From positions 1 to 64,000 of the forward strand of contig JBDHAC010000009.1 in NCBI GenBank assembly GCA_039588275.1: DNA of 64,000 nt. Reading direction: 5' to 3'. The notes under the pieces were generated by a model, which did not search any database, was not told the origin of the DNA, and saw only the letters and a list, made by a program, of their open reading frames with translations. This document shows, piece by piece, positions 8,196 through 17,997 of the stretch. This DNA is from Gemmatimonadota bacterium. GTDB taxonomy: Bacteria > Gemmatimonadota > Gemmatimonadetes > Palauibacterales > Palauibacteraceae. The first letter of the stretch is position 1, and each line of letters starts with the position of its first letter. Position numbers and translations under genes: made by a program.

Positions 8196-9503
8196 GTGCG
8201 CCCTTGGACGGGGGTGCCGGTCGTTCTCTTCCTCGCCTCGGTAGGCTGGCTCGATCCACCCGCGCGCGCGGCTGCGCAGGACGTCGCGTGTGAGGCATGT
8301 CACGGGAACCGGGCGTTCCTCGCAGGCAAGACACCCACGCCCGCGCAGGACTCGGCCCTGTTCGTGCCCGACGCGTTGGTCTCCGAGACTGTGCACGCGA
8401 ATCTCCCGTGTGCGGCATGTCACCCCGCCCCTGCCGAGGGCTATCCGCACCCAGCTCCGGCCGCTCTCCCCTGCGAAACCTGCCACGCGGAGGCGGGGCA
8501 GAAGTGGGAGATCTCGATCCACGCCGAGGGCGTCGACGGTGAAACCCACGGCGCCCGGTGTGTGGACTGCCACACCCCGCACGAGGTGTACCGAGCGGAC
8601 GACCAGCGGGCGGAGACGCACCCGCTGAACGTGGCCGCGATGTGCGGGCGGTGTCACGCGGACGAGCACATCATCGACGAGTACTTCACGGCCCCTGAGG
8701 AGACTCAGGCGCGGGTCGCGGTCGAGCAGTTCCACCAGACGGTGCACGGCACGGCGCTGTCGCGCGCAGGCCTGGCGGTCTCCGCCACCTGCAACGACTG
8801 CCACCGGGGGCACGATGTCCTGCCCGGTTGGGATCCCCGATCGTCGGTGCACCGCGATCACGTCGCGGCCACCTGCGAGGAGTGCCACGTGGGGATCCGG
8901 GAGCGCTACGAGCGCTCGGCACACGGAACCGCAGGTCCGACCGTAACGTCCAGCGGCGAAATCCGACAGCCGCCGGTGTGCACGGACTGTCACACCTCGC
9001 ACCAGATCGTGCGGGCGGACGAGCCGGGGTGGTTCGTGGGAGTCGTCGAGGAGTGCGGAGCCTGCCACCAGCAAGTGTACGACACCTACTTCGAGACGTA
9101 TCACGGGCAGGTCACCGCGCTCGGGTTCGCGCTCACGGCGAAGTGCAGCGACTGCCACTCCCCGCATTTGATGCTGCCCGCGTCGGACCGCGAGTCCACG
9201 GTCCACCCCCGGAATCTCGTCCGCACCTGCCAGCAGTGTCACCCGGAGGCGAACGCGAGCTTCGTTCGCTACTTCGCGCACGGCGATCACCGCGACCGTG
9301 AGCGTTTCCCGGTGCTGTTCTGGACCTGGGCGATCATGACCACGCTGCTCGTGAGCGTGTGGTCGTTCTTCGGCCTTCATTCCTTCTTGTGGCTCGGACG
9401 CGTGGCGATCGATCGGATCCGGGGGATAGGCCCGCACTCGTACCATTTGCCAGGCGGTACCCAGCCGATCAAGCGAGAGAAGAAGGGGAAGGGGGACGCG
9501 TGA
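8196..9503 (+). CDS. Undecaheme cytochrome c with C-terminal TM helix (CbcL-like c domain)
   Basis: Signal peptide; 11 CXXCH; AKCSDCH...HGDH..RERFPVLFW matches the C-terminal heme block of 10351-13182. Confidence 0.9.
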   Translation: MRPWTGVPVVLFLASVGWLDPPARAAAQDVACEACHGNRAFLAGKTPTPAQDSALFVPDALVSETVHANLPCAACHPAPAEGYPHPAPAALPCETCHAEAGQKWEISIHAEGVDGETHGARCVDCHTPHEVYRADDQRAETHPLNVAAMCGRCHADEHIIDEYFTAPEETQARVAVEQFHQTVHGTALSRAGLAVSATCNDCHRGHDVLPGWDPRSSVHRDHVAATCEECHVGIRERYERSAHGTAGPTVTSSGEIRQPPVCTDCHTSHQIVRADEPGWFVGVVEECGACHQQVYDTYFETYHGQVTALGFALTAKCSDCHSPHLMLPASDRESTVHPRNLVRTCQQCHPEANASFVRYFAHGDHRDRERFPVLFWTWAIMTTLLVSVWSFFGLHSFLWLGRVAIDRIRGIGPHSYHLPGGTQPIKREKKGKGDA

Positions 9504-10354
9504 GGAAGATCGCGTCCTCCGACCGTGGCCACGGTCCCTACGTGTGGCGCTTCAGTCCCTTCGAGCGGGTCCTCCATCTCATGGTGATCGTCTCGTTCTT
9601 CGGGCTGGTCATGACGGGCACGCCGCTCCTGTTCTCGCACACTCCGTGGGCGCGGGGGATGATCCGCCTGTTCGGAGGGTTCCAGGCGGCCGGGTACATC
9701 CACCGCGTGTGCGCGGTCCTCACCTTCGCCTACTTCTTCCTGCACGTCGGGCAGCTGACGTATCGGATCGCGAAGAGCTCGAACCGGAAACGGTTCTTCT
9801 GGGGACCGGACTCGATGGTCGCACAACCCAAGGACTTCCAGGACCTGGCCCAGACGTTCCGCTGGTTCTTCGGCAGGGGATCGCCGCCCCAATTCGACCG
9901 CTGGAGCTACATGGACAAGCTCGATTACTGGGGCGAGGTCTGGGGAGTGGCGGTGATCGGCGGCTCTGGGCTGGTCCTCTGGTTCCCCACGTTCTTCTCG
10001 AAGCTACTTCCCGGTTGGATGTTCAACGTCGCGACGATCATCCACGGCATCGAGGCCCTACTGGCGGCGGGCGTGATCTTCACCATCCACTTCTTCAACG
10101 TGAACCTGCGCCCCGAGAAGTTTCCGATCGACGTGGTGATGTTCACGGGCCGCGCGACGCTCTCGTACATGAAGGAGGAGCACCCGCTCGAGTACCGCCG
10201 GCTGATCGAGGACAGCAGCCTCGAAGAGCGATTCGCCCCCGCGCCGACGAAGACGGCGTACGTGTGGTCGGTGTCTCTCGGCCTCGTGGGTCTGTCGATC
10301 GGGCTCTTCCTGATCGGATTGATCCTGTGGGCGCTGTTGTTCGGGGGAGGATGA
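9500..10354 (+). CDS. FdnI/HydC-type membrane cytochrome b (CbcL-like b domain)
   Basis: GTG overlaps the upstream TGA; RF...ERVLH, IHR, LHV, IIHG, IHFF histidines; several TM helices; FP.D.V.FTG motif. Confidence 0.85.
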   Translation: MRKIASSDRGHGPYVWRFSPFERVLHLMVIVSFFGLVMTGTPLLFSHTPWARGMIRLFGGFQAAGYIHRVCAVLTFAYFFLHVGQLTYRIAKSSNRKRFFWGPDSMVAQPKDFQDLAQTFRWFFGRGSPPQFDRWSYMDKLDYWGEVWGVAVIGGSGLVLWFPTFFSKLLPGWMFNVATIIHGIEALLAAGVIFTIHFFNVNLRPEKFPIDVVMFTGRATLSYMKEEHPLEYRRLIEDSSLEERFAPAPTKTAYVWSVSLGLVGLSIGLFLIGLILWALLFGGG

Positions 10355-13182
10355 TGTCGCGCGACGGCCTGCGGGTGGATCCGCACGGACTGCGGGCGCC
10401 GGCCGTCGCGGCGGCCGGCCTCCTCGCGCTCATCGGCCCCGGGGCGACGCCGACGCTGGCTCAGGATGACGCCACCTGCGCCGTCTGCCACACCAACCCC
10501 GACTTCTTCCAGGGGCAGCCGAACCCGAGCCGCCTGATCGTACGGCCCGCCATGGTCGCCCGCTCGGTCCACGGCGCGGCGGGGTTCGGGTGCACGACGT
10601 GCCACGGTGCGATGGCTTTTCCGCACGCCGAGGACCGCGCCCCCGTCCAATGCGGCTCCTGCCACATCGAGGGTGAGCAGCACCGGCGCTCGCTTCACGG
10701 GCAGGCGGCGGCGAGGGGGGACCCGCTCGCGCCCAGCTGCGCGACCTGCCATGGCATCCACGCGGTGAAGTCACACACGGACCCGACCTCTCGCACGGCC
10801 GTGATGAACATCCCCACGCTGTGCGGGGAGTGCCACCACGAAGGGACGGAGGTGTCCCTGCAACGAAACATCCCGCAGGACCGGATCCTCGAGAACTACT
10901 CGCAGTCGATCCACGGCGAGGGTCTGTTCCGGCAGGGTCTGACTGTGACGGCCGTGTGCACCTCCTGCCACACCTCGCACAACATCCTGCCGCACACCGA
11001 CCGCCGCTCGAGCATCCACCACGAGAACGTCGCGGCGACCTGCACCCAGTGTCATGCGCTGATCGAACAGGTGCACCTCCAGGTGATCGAGGGCCGTCTG
11101 TGGGAGGAGCGTCCCGACGTGATCCCGGCGTGCGTCGATTGTCACGCACCGCACAGGATCCGGCGGGTCTTCTACGACACCGGGGCGGCCAACCAGGACT
11201 GCATGCGCTGTCATGGCGACGCCGGGCTCGTGGGGCTCGCGAACGGCGACAGCGTCTCGCTGTACGTGGATGAAGTCGCCTACGGTGCGGGAGCCCACGG
11301 AGAGACCGCCTGCGCGCAGTGTCACGACGACGTGACCCCCGGGCTGTCTCCCGCCACGCGCGCGTGCGCCACCGCCACCGCGAGCAGCGTGGACTGCAGC
11401 GTTTGCCACGAGGACCAGTCGGACGAGTACGGGGCCGGCATGCACGGGCAGCTCGCCGCGCAGGGCGATCCCGACGCGCCGGTGTGCCTGGACTGCCACG
11501 CGAAGCATGCGACGCTGGACCACGAGTCTCCCGAGTCTCCCACCTACCCGCGCAACGTCCCCGATCTGTGTGCCCGATGTCATCGACCCGGCGAAGCCGC
11601 GGCCGTGCGGATCGGCGAGGAGGTGCTCAACCCCGTGGAGAGCTACGGGATGAGCATCCACGGGAAGGGGCTGATAGAGAGCGGTCTGGTCGTGACAGCG
11701 ACCTGCTCGAACTGTCACACGGCGCACCGGGAGCTGCCGGCGAGCGATTCTCTGTCGAGCATCCACCCCGACAACGTCGCGGGGACCTGCGGGACGTGTC
11801 ACCACGGGATTGAAGAGGAGTTCGCGACCAGCATCCACGCGATCCGCCGAGCGGAGGGGGAGACCGAGCGCGAGCTGCCGACGTGCGAGGACTGCCACAC
11901 CTCGCACACGATCAGCCGCACGGACCTCGACGACTTCCGGCTGACGATGATGACCCAGTGCGGCCGGTGTCACGTGGATGAATCGGAGACGTTCTTCGAC
12001 ACGTTCCACGGCAAGGTGTCGAGGCTGGGCGAGGCCGGGGCCGCCAAGTGCTACGACTGCCACGGAACGCACAACATCCTGCAGCCCACCGAGCCGGCCT
12101 CGATGCTGAGCCGCCGCAACATCATCGAGACCTGCTCGCAATGCCACGCGGGGGTGAACCGCCGCTTCACCGGCTACCTGACCCACGCGACGCACCACGA
12201 CCCGGACCGGTATCCGTTCCTGTTCTGGACCTTCTGGGCGATGACCGCGCTGCTGATCGGGACGCTCAGCTTCGCGATCCTGCACACGCTCGCGTGGCTC
12301 TTCCGCCTGTCGCGCTCGGCCGAGAAGTGGAAGGTGCGCCACGTCGTCAGGCCGGGAGAGAAGGTGTACCAGCGGTTCACCGTCTTCCAGCGCACGCTCC
12401 ACATCGTCATGCTGCTCAGCTTCTTCATGCTCGCGCTCACCGGGATGGCCCTGAAGTTCTCGCACATGGTCTGGGCGCAGGTGTTCGCGGACCTGCTAGG
12501 CGGTTTCGCGGTCACCGGCGTGCTGCACCGAATCGGGGCCATCGCGCTGATCGTCGTGTTCGGGATCCACCTTCGGGAGTTGCGCCGTCAAAAACGGCGG
12601 CGAGAAACGACCTGGTGGCAGTTCCTCACAGACCCTGACTCCCTCGTCTTCAACCGGAACGACCTCAGGGAGCTGTGGGGGTCGATCAAGTGGTTCATGG
12701 GTCGCGCCGAGCGGCCGCACTACGGACGCTACACCTACTGGGAGAAGTTCGACTATTTCGCGGTCTTCTGGGGGATGATGGTGATCGGGTCCACCGGTCT
12801 CCTCCTCTGGTTCCCGGAGTTGTTCACCGTCCTGCTTCCAGGGTGGACGGTGAACGTCGCGACCATCATCCACAGCGATGAGGCACTGCTGGCCGTGGCC
12901 TTCATCTTCACGGTGCACTTCTTCAACACGCACTTCCGGCTCGACAAATTCCCCATGGACCCGGTGATCTTCACGGGGCACGTACCGGTGGACGAGCTCA
13001 AGCGCGACAAGCCTCGCGAATACGAGGAGCTGGTCGAGTCGGGGACGTTGGAGAACAAGCTGGTGGAGGCGTACCCCAGGAAACTGGAGAAGGCTTTCAA
13101 GATCTTCGGGATGACCGCGCTCGCCATCGGCGTCACGCTCATCCTGTTGATCGTGTACTCGATGTTGTTCGGATATCGATAG
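10351..13182 (+). CDS. Fused 19-heme cytochrome c / cytochrome b, CbcL-like quinol oxidoreductase
   Basis: ATGA overlap at 10351; signal peptide; 19 CXXCH; b domain with QRTLH, LHR, YWEKFDYFAVFWG, IIHSDEALLA, VHFFNTH, FPMDPVIFTG. Confidence 0.9.
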   Translation: MMSRDGLRVDPHGLRAPAVAAAGLLALIGPGATPTLAQDDATCAVCHTNPDFFQGQPNPSRLIVRPAMVARSVHGAAGFGCTTCHGAMAFPHAEDRAPVQCGSCHIEGEQHRRSLHGQAAARGDPLAPSCATCHGIHAVKSHTDPTSRTAVMNIPTLCGECHHEGTEVSLQRNIPQDRILENYSQSIHGEGLFRQGLTVTAVCTSCHTSHNILPHTDRRSSIHHENVAATCTQCHALIEQVHLQVIEGRLWEERPDVIPACVDCHAPHRIRRVFYDTGAANQDCMRCHGDAGLVGLANGDSVSLYVDEVAYGAGAHGETACAQCHDDVTPGLSPATRACATATASSVDCSVCHEDQSDEYGAGMHGQLAAQGDPDAPVCLDCHAKHATLDHESPESPTYPRNVPDLCARCHRPGEAAAVRIGEEVLNPVESYGMSIHGKGLIESGLVVTATCSNCHTAHRELPASDSLSSIHPDNVAGTCGTCHHGIEEEFATSIHAIRRAEGETERELPTCEDCHTSHTISRTDLDDFRLTMMTQCGRCHVDESETFFDTFHGKVSRLGEAGAAKCYDCHGTHNILQPTEPASMLSRRNIIETCSQCHAGVNRRFTGYLTHATHHDPDRYPFLFWTFWAMTALLIGTLSFAILHTLAWLFRLSRSAEKWKVRHVVRPGEKVYQRFTVFQRTLHIVMLLSFFMLALTGMALKFSHMVWAQVFADLLGGFAVTGVLHRIGAIALIVVFGIHLRELRRQKRRRETTWWQFLTDPDSLVFNRNDLRELWGSIKWFMGRAERPHYGRYTYWEKFDYFAVFWGMMVIGSTGLLLWFPELFTVLLPGWTVNVATIIHSDEALLAVAFIFTVHFFNTHFRLDKFPMDPVIFTGHVPVDELKRDKPREYEELVESGTLENKLVEAYPRKLEKAFKIFGMTALAIGVTLILLIVYSMLFGYR

Positions 13183-13228
13183 GTCGGCCCGCATGAAAAA
13201 CGGGTCATTAAAGCTCTGGAGAAAAGCC

Positions 13229-14701
13229 ATGAACGCCTATTGGCGTAGCCTGCTCGGGGCGGTGGTCGCCCTCTCGCTGGGCGCGCATACGCTCGCCGGA
13301 CAGGGATTCCGGGCCGAGGTCGGCGTGTGGGGCAGCTTCCTCGAGCTCCAGGGAATCGTCCGCGACAGCCTGCCGGAGGATCAAGTCCCGGGGGCTGGTC
13401 TGAGCCGTCGCCTCGGCGACGGCACGGTGGTCACATGCACCCCCGAGGAGTTCTGCCGCTGGTTCCGCACTGAGGGCGAGGAATCGATCAATGTGCTGAA
13501 CCAGGATCTCAAGATCTCGGCCTGGGCGGGTGGGAGCGTCCCGGGCCTGGCGGCGCACGCACACGTACGGGGGCGCTTCGGCACGGACGAGTTCTGGCCG
13601 CGGGAGAGCCAGGAGGTCGATGTGCTCACGGCGTACCTGAGCTACGACCGGAGCGGCTTCGGGGTTCGCGCGGGGCGCCTGTACCGTACCGACGGGCTCG
13701 GCTACCGGAACTTCGATGGGGCGTCGCTCGCCTGGTACGGGTTGGAGAACCTGCGGCTCGAGGCATATGGCGGCTGGAGCCTGGCGCCGCACATCAACGC
13801 ACCGCGCTCGGGCTCGCTCCTCACGACCGCCGACGTGTTCGCACCCGACGATCGGGGCTTCATCTTCGGCGCGAAGGTCGGGGGACGCCTCGCGGGCACG
13901 GTGTCGGGGAACGTCGTCTACCAAAGGGAGATCCGGACGGACCGCCAGGCGCTGTATTCCGACCGGCTCGGGTTAGACGCCCGCGCGCTGTTGGGACGCG
14001 TGACGGCCGAGGCGGCCGCGGAGTACGACCTCACGTACGAGGAGTTCAACGAAGCTCGCGTGCGACTCAGCGCTCCGATCGCCGGCGGCCTGGAGGTCTC
14101 GCTCCAGGGCCGGCACTACACCCCGTTCTTCGAGCTGTGGACGATCTGGGGGGCGTTCTCGCCGGTCGGCTTCAACGAAGGCCGGGCCGCCCTCCTGTGG
14201 GCCGTGCCCGGCGGCCACCTCAGCTTGGAGGCGGGTGGGGCGTACCGGAAGTACGAGGAGACCGACGCGGGCGCCGATTTCATCGAGATCAAGGACTACG
14301 GGTGGCGCGCGTTCGGTGGTGCCCACTTCACCAGCCGCGGCTGGTACCTGGACGGCAACTACCGAGCGGAAACGGGGTTCGGCGACGTCCGCTACGGTGG
14401 TGACGTCGGGATCGGCAAGCGCTTCGGGACCGGCCGCTACATCGGTTTGCAGGGATCGGCCACGCAGACCTTCGGCGAGTTCAGGCTCGGTGAGCAGGTC
14501 GTCAGCGGTGGCGGACTGGAAGGCGCCTGGCGGTTCGGCGACGTGTCGCTGTCGGGCGGAACGGCGCTGTATCGGATCACGTTCGAGAACCGGCCCAGCG
14601 CTGAGGATTGGACGCAAACCAGGGCATATGGGGGCATCTCGTATCGGTTCGGGAGCGATACATCCGGCTCGAGCCGCTCGGGGTCAGGAGGCGACCGATG
14701 A
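13229..14701 (+). CDS. Putative outer-membrane beta-barrel (porin of a porin-cytochrome conduit)
   Basis: Signal peptide; alternating aromatic/Gly beta-strand pattern throughout; last strand YGGISYRF followed by a short Ser/Gly tail; lies between multiheme genes. Alternative start 13193. Confidence 0.75.
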   Translation: MNAYWRSLLGAVVALSLGAHTLAGQGFRAEVGVWGSFLELQGIVRDSLPEDQVPGAGLSRRLGDGTVVTCTPEEFCRWFRTEGEESINVLNQDLKISAWAGGSVPGLAAHAHVRGRFGTDEFWPRESQEVDVLTAYLSYDRSGFGVRAGRLYRTDGLGYRNFDGASLAWYGLENLRLEAYGGWSLAPHINAPRSGSLLTTADVFAPDDRGFIFGAKVGGRLAGTVSGNVVYQREIRTDRQALYSDRLGLDARALLGRVTAEAAAEYDLTYEEFNEARVRLSAPIAGGLEVSLQGRHYTPFFELWTIWGAFSPVGFNEGRAALLWAVPGGHLSLEAGGAYRKYEETDAGADFIEIKDYGWRAFGGAHFTSRGWYLDGNYRAETGFGDVRYGGDVGIGKRFGTGRYIGLQGSATQTFGEFRLGEQVVSGGGLEGAWRFGDVSLSGGTALYRITFENRPSAEDWTQTRAYGGISYRFGSDTSGSSRSGSGGDR

Positions 14702-16105
14702 ACACGGGAGCGAAGATGCGTAAGGTCGCGATGGTTATCGGGAGCGCGCTCCTGCTGATGGTCGCGAGCGGTATGGTCCTCTCGGGGATGGGTGCGCAGG
14801 AGTTCCCGCACGAGCGTCACGCGAACCTGTTTCCGACGTGTATGGGGTGCCACGCGGGGATTCCGGAAGGGGACGCGGCGACCGCGTTCTCGGTCGACCC
14901 CGCATTCTGCGGAGGGTGCCACAACGGGAACGTGCAGCCGGAGGTCGATTGGTCGGGACCGACGCCGGTCGCCAGCAACCTCGCATTCGGGCACACGGAG
15001 CACCCGACGTGGAGAGACGATGGAGATCGCGCGGAACACACCCAGCGTGTGCCTGGGTTGTCACGCTCCGAGCGCGGAGGAGCACCAGGCCGCCGGTGTA
15101 GATTGCGCGAAGTGCCATGTGCCGATTGCGGACGCGCCCGACTTGAGCGCGGAGCGGATCGCCGCGTTCCCGCGCCCGGCGGATCACGAGTCGGACGACT
15201 ACGTCGCCGCACACGGCGGCCTTGGCGAGGCCGATGCGCAGCGGTGCTCGGTGTGCCACGCGCAGGAGAGCTGCAGCCGCTGCCACGTCAACGCGGATCG
15301 GCTTCCAGCGATTCGCGACCTGTCGTCGGATGACCGGGTGGCGGGCCTGGTGGCCGGGACGCCCGGAGTGTGGCCCAGGCCGACCAGCCACGAGTCGGCG
15401 GACTGGCTGAACACGCACGGCGGACAGGCGGCGGAATCGATCGAGAGCTGCGCCAGCTGCCACGCCCAGGAGAGCTGCGCGACGTGCCATGGAGAGGAAG
15501 CCGAGCGGCTCGCCGACGGACTCTCGAAGCAGCGCCCCGGTGGCCCGCAGGGGGCTGGAACGGTGGCCGTGCGCCCACCCGGGCATACGCCGAGCTTCGT
15601 GACGGAGCACGGCACCGCCGCGGCCGTCGAGCTGCCGCAGTGCAACTCGTGCCATGCGGAATCGTTCTGTGCCGATTGCCATGATGGGCCTGCAGCTCCG
15701 CGATTCAACGTGGAGAGCGCGGCCGGCTTTCACCCGGCGAACTTCGTCACCCGTCACGGCGCGGAGGCGTTCGCCCGGCAGACGCAGTGCAGCTCGTGTC
15801 ACTCGACCGAAGTGTTCTGCCGTGACTGCCATCAGCAGGTCGGCATCGGCCAGAGGGGGACCACGACGGGTGGGGCGTTCCACGATGCCCAACCGGGGTG
15901 GCTGCTCGCCCACGGTCAGGCGGCCCGTCAGGGCCTCGAGACCTGCACGGGTTGCCACGCTCAGCAGTCATGTCTGAAGTGCCACTCGGCGAGGAGCGGC
16001 TGGCGGGTGAGCCCGCACGGTCCCTCGTTCGACCCGAGTCGGGTGCAGGACCGAAGCACCATGTCGTGCGGGATCTGCCACTTCTCGTTCCAGCTCGATC
16101 CATAG
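14698..16105 (+). pseudogene. 15-heme periplasmic cytochrome c interrupted by a frameshift near 15001-15020
   Basis: Frame from ATG 14698 gives a signal peptide, CMGCH and CGGCH; a further 13 CXXCH lie in the +1 frame ending at 16105. Could be a sequencing or assembly error. Confidence 0.8.
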
Positions 16106-16344
16106 CGGCCGCCGCCGGCCCCTGGCTGCCGGTGGACCGATTCCCCGGATGAGTCGCGAGGAGCGGAGGAGCAAGATAGGATAATAAGGGGTTGCGGGTC
16201 CATCAGTCGGGATCGCCCCCTCCGCGAGTCCGGCACCGGACCCGCCGCCCCGCCTGTGCATCTCGGCGTGACTGCGCCGAAAGAGAAGCTTCTGGTCGGC
16301 CGCCGCGGTTGGAGGTGGCGTCGGCAGACAGGAAGGGGGTTCAC

Positions 16345-17559
16345 ATGAACGCCCAAATCCAAGCCCACGCTCATCAGGGGCGCCGCGTGGTGTTCGCGGC
16401 GCTTTGTGGGCTGTTCGTCGGGTCCGCGAGCCTGGTGGGGCAGGCGGCGGCCGGGCCCACGCAGAACGCCGCCGCCGGGGCGGCGGTCTTCGGCTCCAAG
16501 GGCTGCGTCCAGTGCCACGCGATCAAGGCCATGGGTGGAGGGGCAGGACCCGATCTGGGCCTCATTGAGGAGCGCCGCTCGTTCTTTCAGCTGGCGGCGG
16601 CGATGTGGAACCATCTCCCCGCCATGCACGCGACGATGGCGGAGGCCGGTACCGAGCGCCCGAGGCTCTCGGCCCAGGAGACCGGTGATCTCATCGCCTT
16701 CCTGTTCACGCTCGATTACTTCGACGCGATCGGGAGCGCGGACAGCGGACGGGCCCTATTCGCCGAGAGGAAATGCGTGCTCTGCCATCAAGTGCAGGGC
16801 GCCGGAGGGGTGATCGGGCCCAGCCTGGATTACCTGAGCCAGTACAGTTCGCCCATGTTTGTGGCCGCCGCCATGTGGGGGCACGGCCCCGGCATGGCGG
16901 AGACGATGAGGTCTCTGCGCGTCGAGCGGCCCCGGCTTACCGGAAGCGAATTCCGGGATCTGATGGCGTTCTTCCAATCGGTCTCTGAAGCCTCTCACGG
17001 GGGACCGATGTACGTTTTGCCCGGACGCGCGGACGTGGGGCGAGAGCTGTTCAGCAGCAAGTCGTGCCTGCGCTGCCACAGCGTGCGGGGGAGCGGAGGG
17101 CAGATCGGACCGCCACTGGGTGGCCGGGGGCTGGAATGGAGCGCGTCCGACTTCGTCGCGGCCCTGTGGAACAAGGCGCCCTCCATGCAGGCGGCCATGC
17201 TCGCGGGAGGGATCTTGATCCCCGACCTGAGTGCGGAAGAGATGGCGGATCTCGTGGCCTACCTCTACTCCGTCAACTACTTCAGCGAGACCGGTGACAC
17301 GCGTCGTGGTCGCCAGCTCGTCACTCAAAAGGGCTGTCTGCAGTGTCACGGGCTCGATGCTCGCGGGGGGACGACGGCTCCCGACCTCGCCGAGATCACC
17401 GGGCTCGTAACCCAAACCGAGGTCGTCTCGGCGCTCTGGAGCCACACTACCAGCGGTGTGGAGACATCGGCAGGCGAGTTGGCCGGCTGGCCTGCGTTGA
17501 GCGCGTCGGACATGGCGGATCTGGTGGCCTTCCTGCGCGGCTTGCGACAGGCTCCGTGA
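16345..17559 (+). CDS. Four-domain class I-like cytochrome c (copy 1)
   Basis: Signal peptide; CVQCH, CVLCH, CLRCH, CLQCH, each in a G..LF..K.CxxCH...GP.L...W.H/K..M repeat. Confidence 0.9.
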   Translation: MNAQIQAHAHQGRRVVFAALCGLFVGSASLVGQAAAGPTQNAAAGAAVFGSKGCVQCHAIKAMGGGAGPDLGLIEERRSFFQLAAAMWNHLPAMHATMAEAGTERPRLSAQETGDLIAFLFTLDYFDAIGSADSGRALFAERKCVLCHQVQGAGGVIGPSLDYLSQYSSPMFVAAAMWGHGPGMAETMRSLRVERPRLTGSEFRDLMAFFQSVSEASHGGPMYVLPGRADVGRELFSSKSCLRCHSVRGSGGQIGPPLGGRGLEWSASDFVAALWNKAPSMQAAMLAGGILIPDLSAEEMADLVAYLYSVNYFSETGDTRRGRQLVTQKGCLQCHGLDARGGTTAPDLAEITGLVTQTEVVSALWSHTTSGVETSAGELAGWPALSASDMADLVAFLRGLRQAP

Positions 17560-17835
17560 CGCGGGCGCGCGCGATCACCATTGGGGGCTGGCTGGCTCTC
17601 GCTGCCCTGGCCGCCCCCTCGGCTGCGTTCGGCCAGCAACCGGCCGATGAAGGCTGTGTGACCTACCACGGCGCCCTCGGCGACGAGCGTCCTCGGACCC
17701 GGTCGAGAGCTTCTCCGAAGACGAACACCTGCTCCAACTGCTACCCGGCTCATCAGATCCTTCAGACGTCGGATCCCCAATCCAGCGGCTACCCACACAA
17801 CGTGGCTGGATTGTGTGGCGGGTATCAGGTGGACG
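17556..17835 (+). pseudogene. Decayed remnant of a nonaheme cytochrome gene
   Basis: GTGA overlap and signal peptide, then GCVTYHGALGDER, TCSNCYPAH and NVAGLCGGYQ, aligning to SCATCHSVLGDER, TCVSCHPAH and NVASLCGACH of 19218-20543. Confidence 0.8.
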
Positions 17836-17997
17836 TTTCAGCTGGATGCGCCTCAAGTTTGCGTTTTCAGAGCCTTTCGAGGCATGCTACGGTTGAAGAA
17901 GGCACTGAAGTACCCGAGGACCCGTTTGTGGTCCCGATGAGCCGATGAAGAACAAACGATGCTCCGGTCGGCGGTGCAGTAGGAAGGTGGTTCGCGC

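Noticed and set aside
9544..10350. N-terminal 269 aa of the 1212-aa ORF
   Set aside because: Overlaps the cytochrome b gene in another frame; the real start is the ATGA overlap at 10351, followed by a signal peptide.
5936..12465. Long antisense ORFs (733, 464 and 564 aa) over the multiheme genes
   Set aside because: Their VA/VT..A repeats are reverse-complement images of CXXCH codons.
14698..16105. MtrA/DmsE decaheme assignment
   Set aside because: Heme count and paired CxxCH-x4-CxxCH spacing do not match the MtrA pattern.
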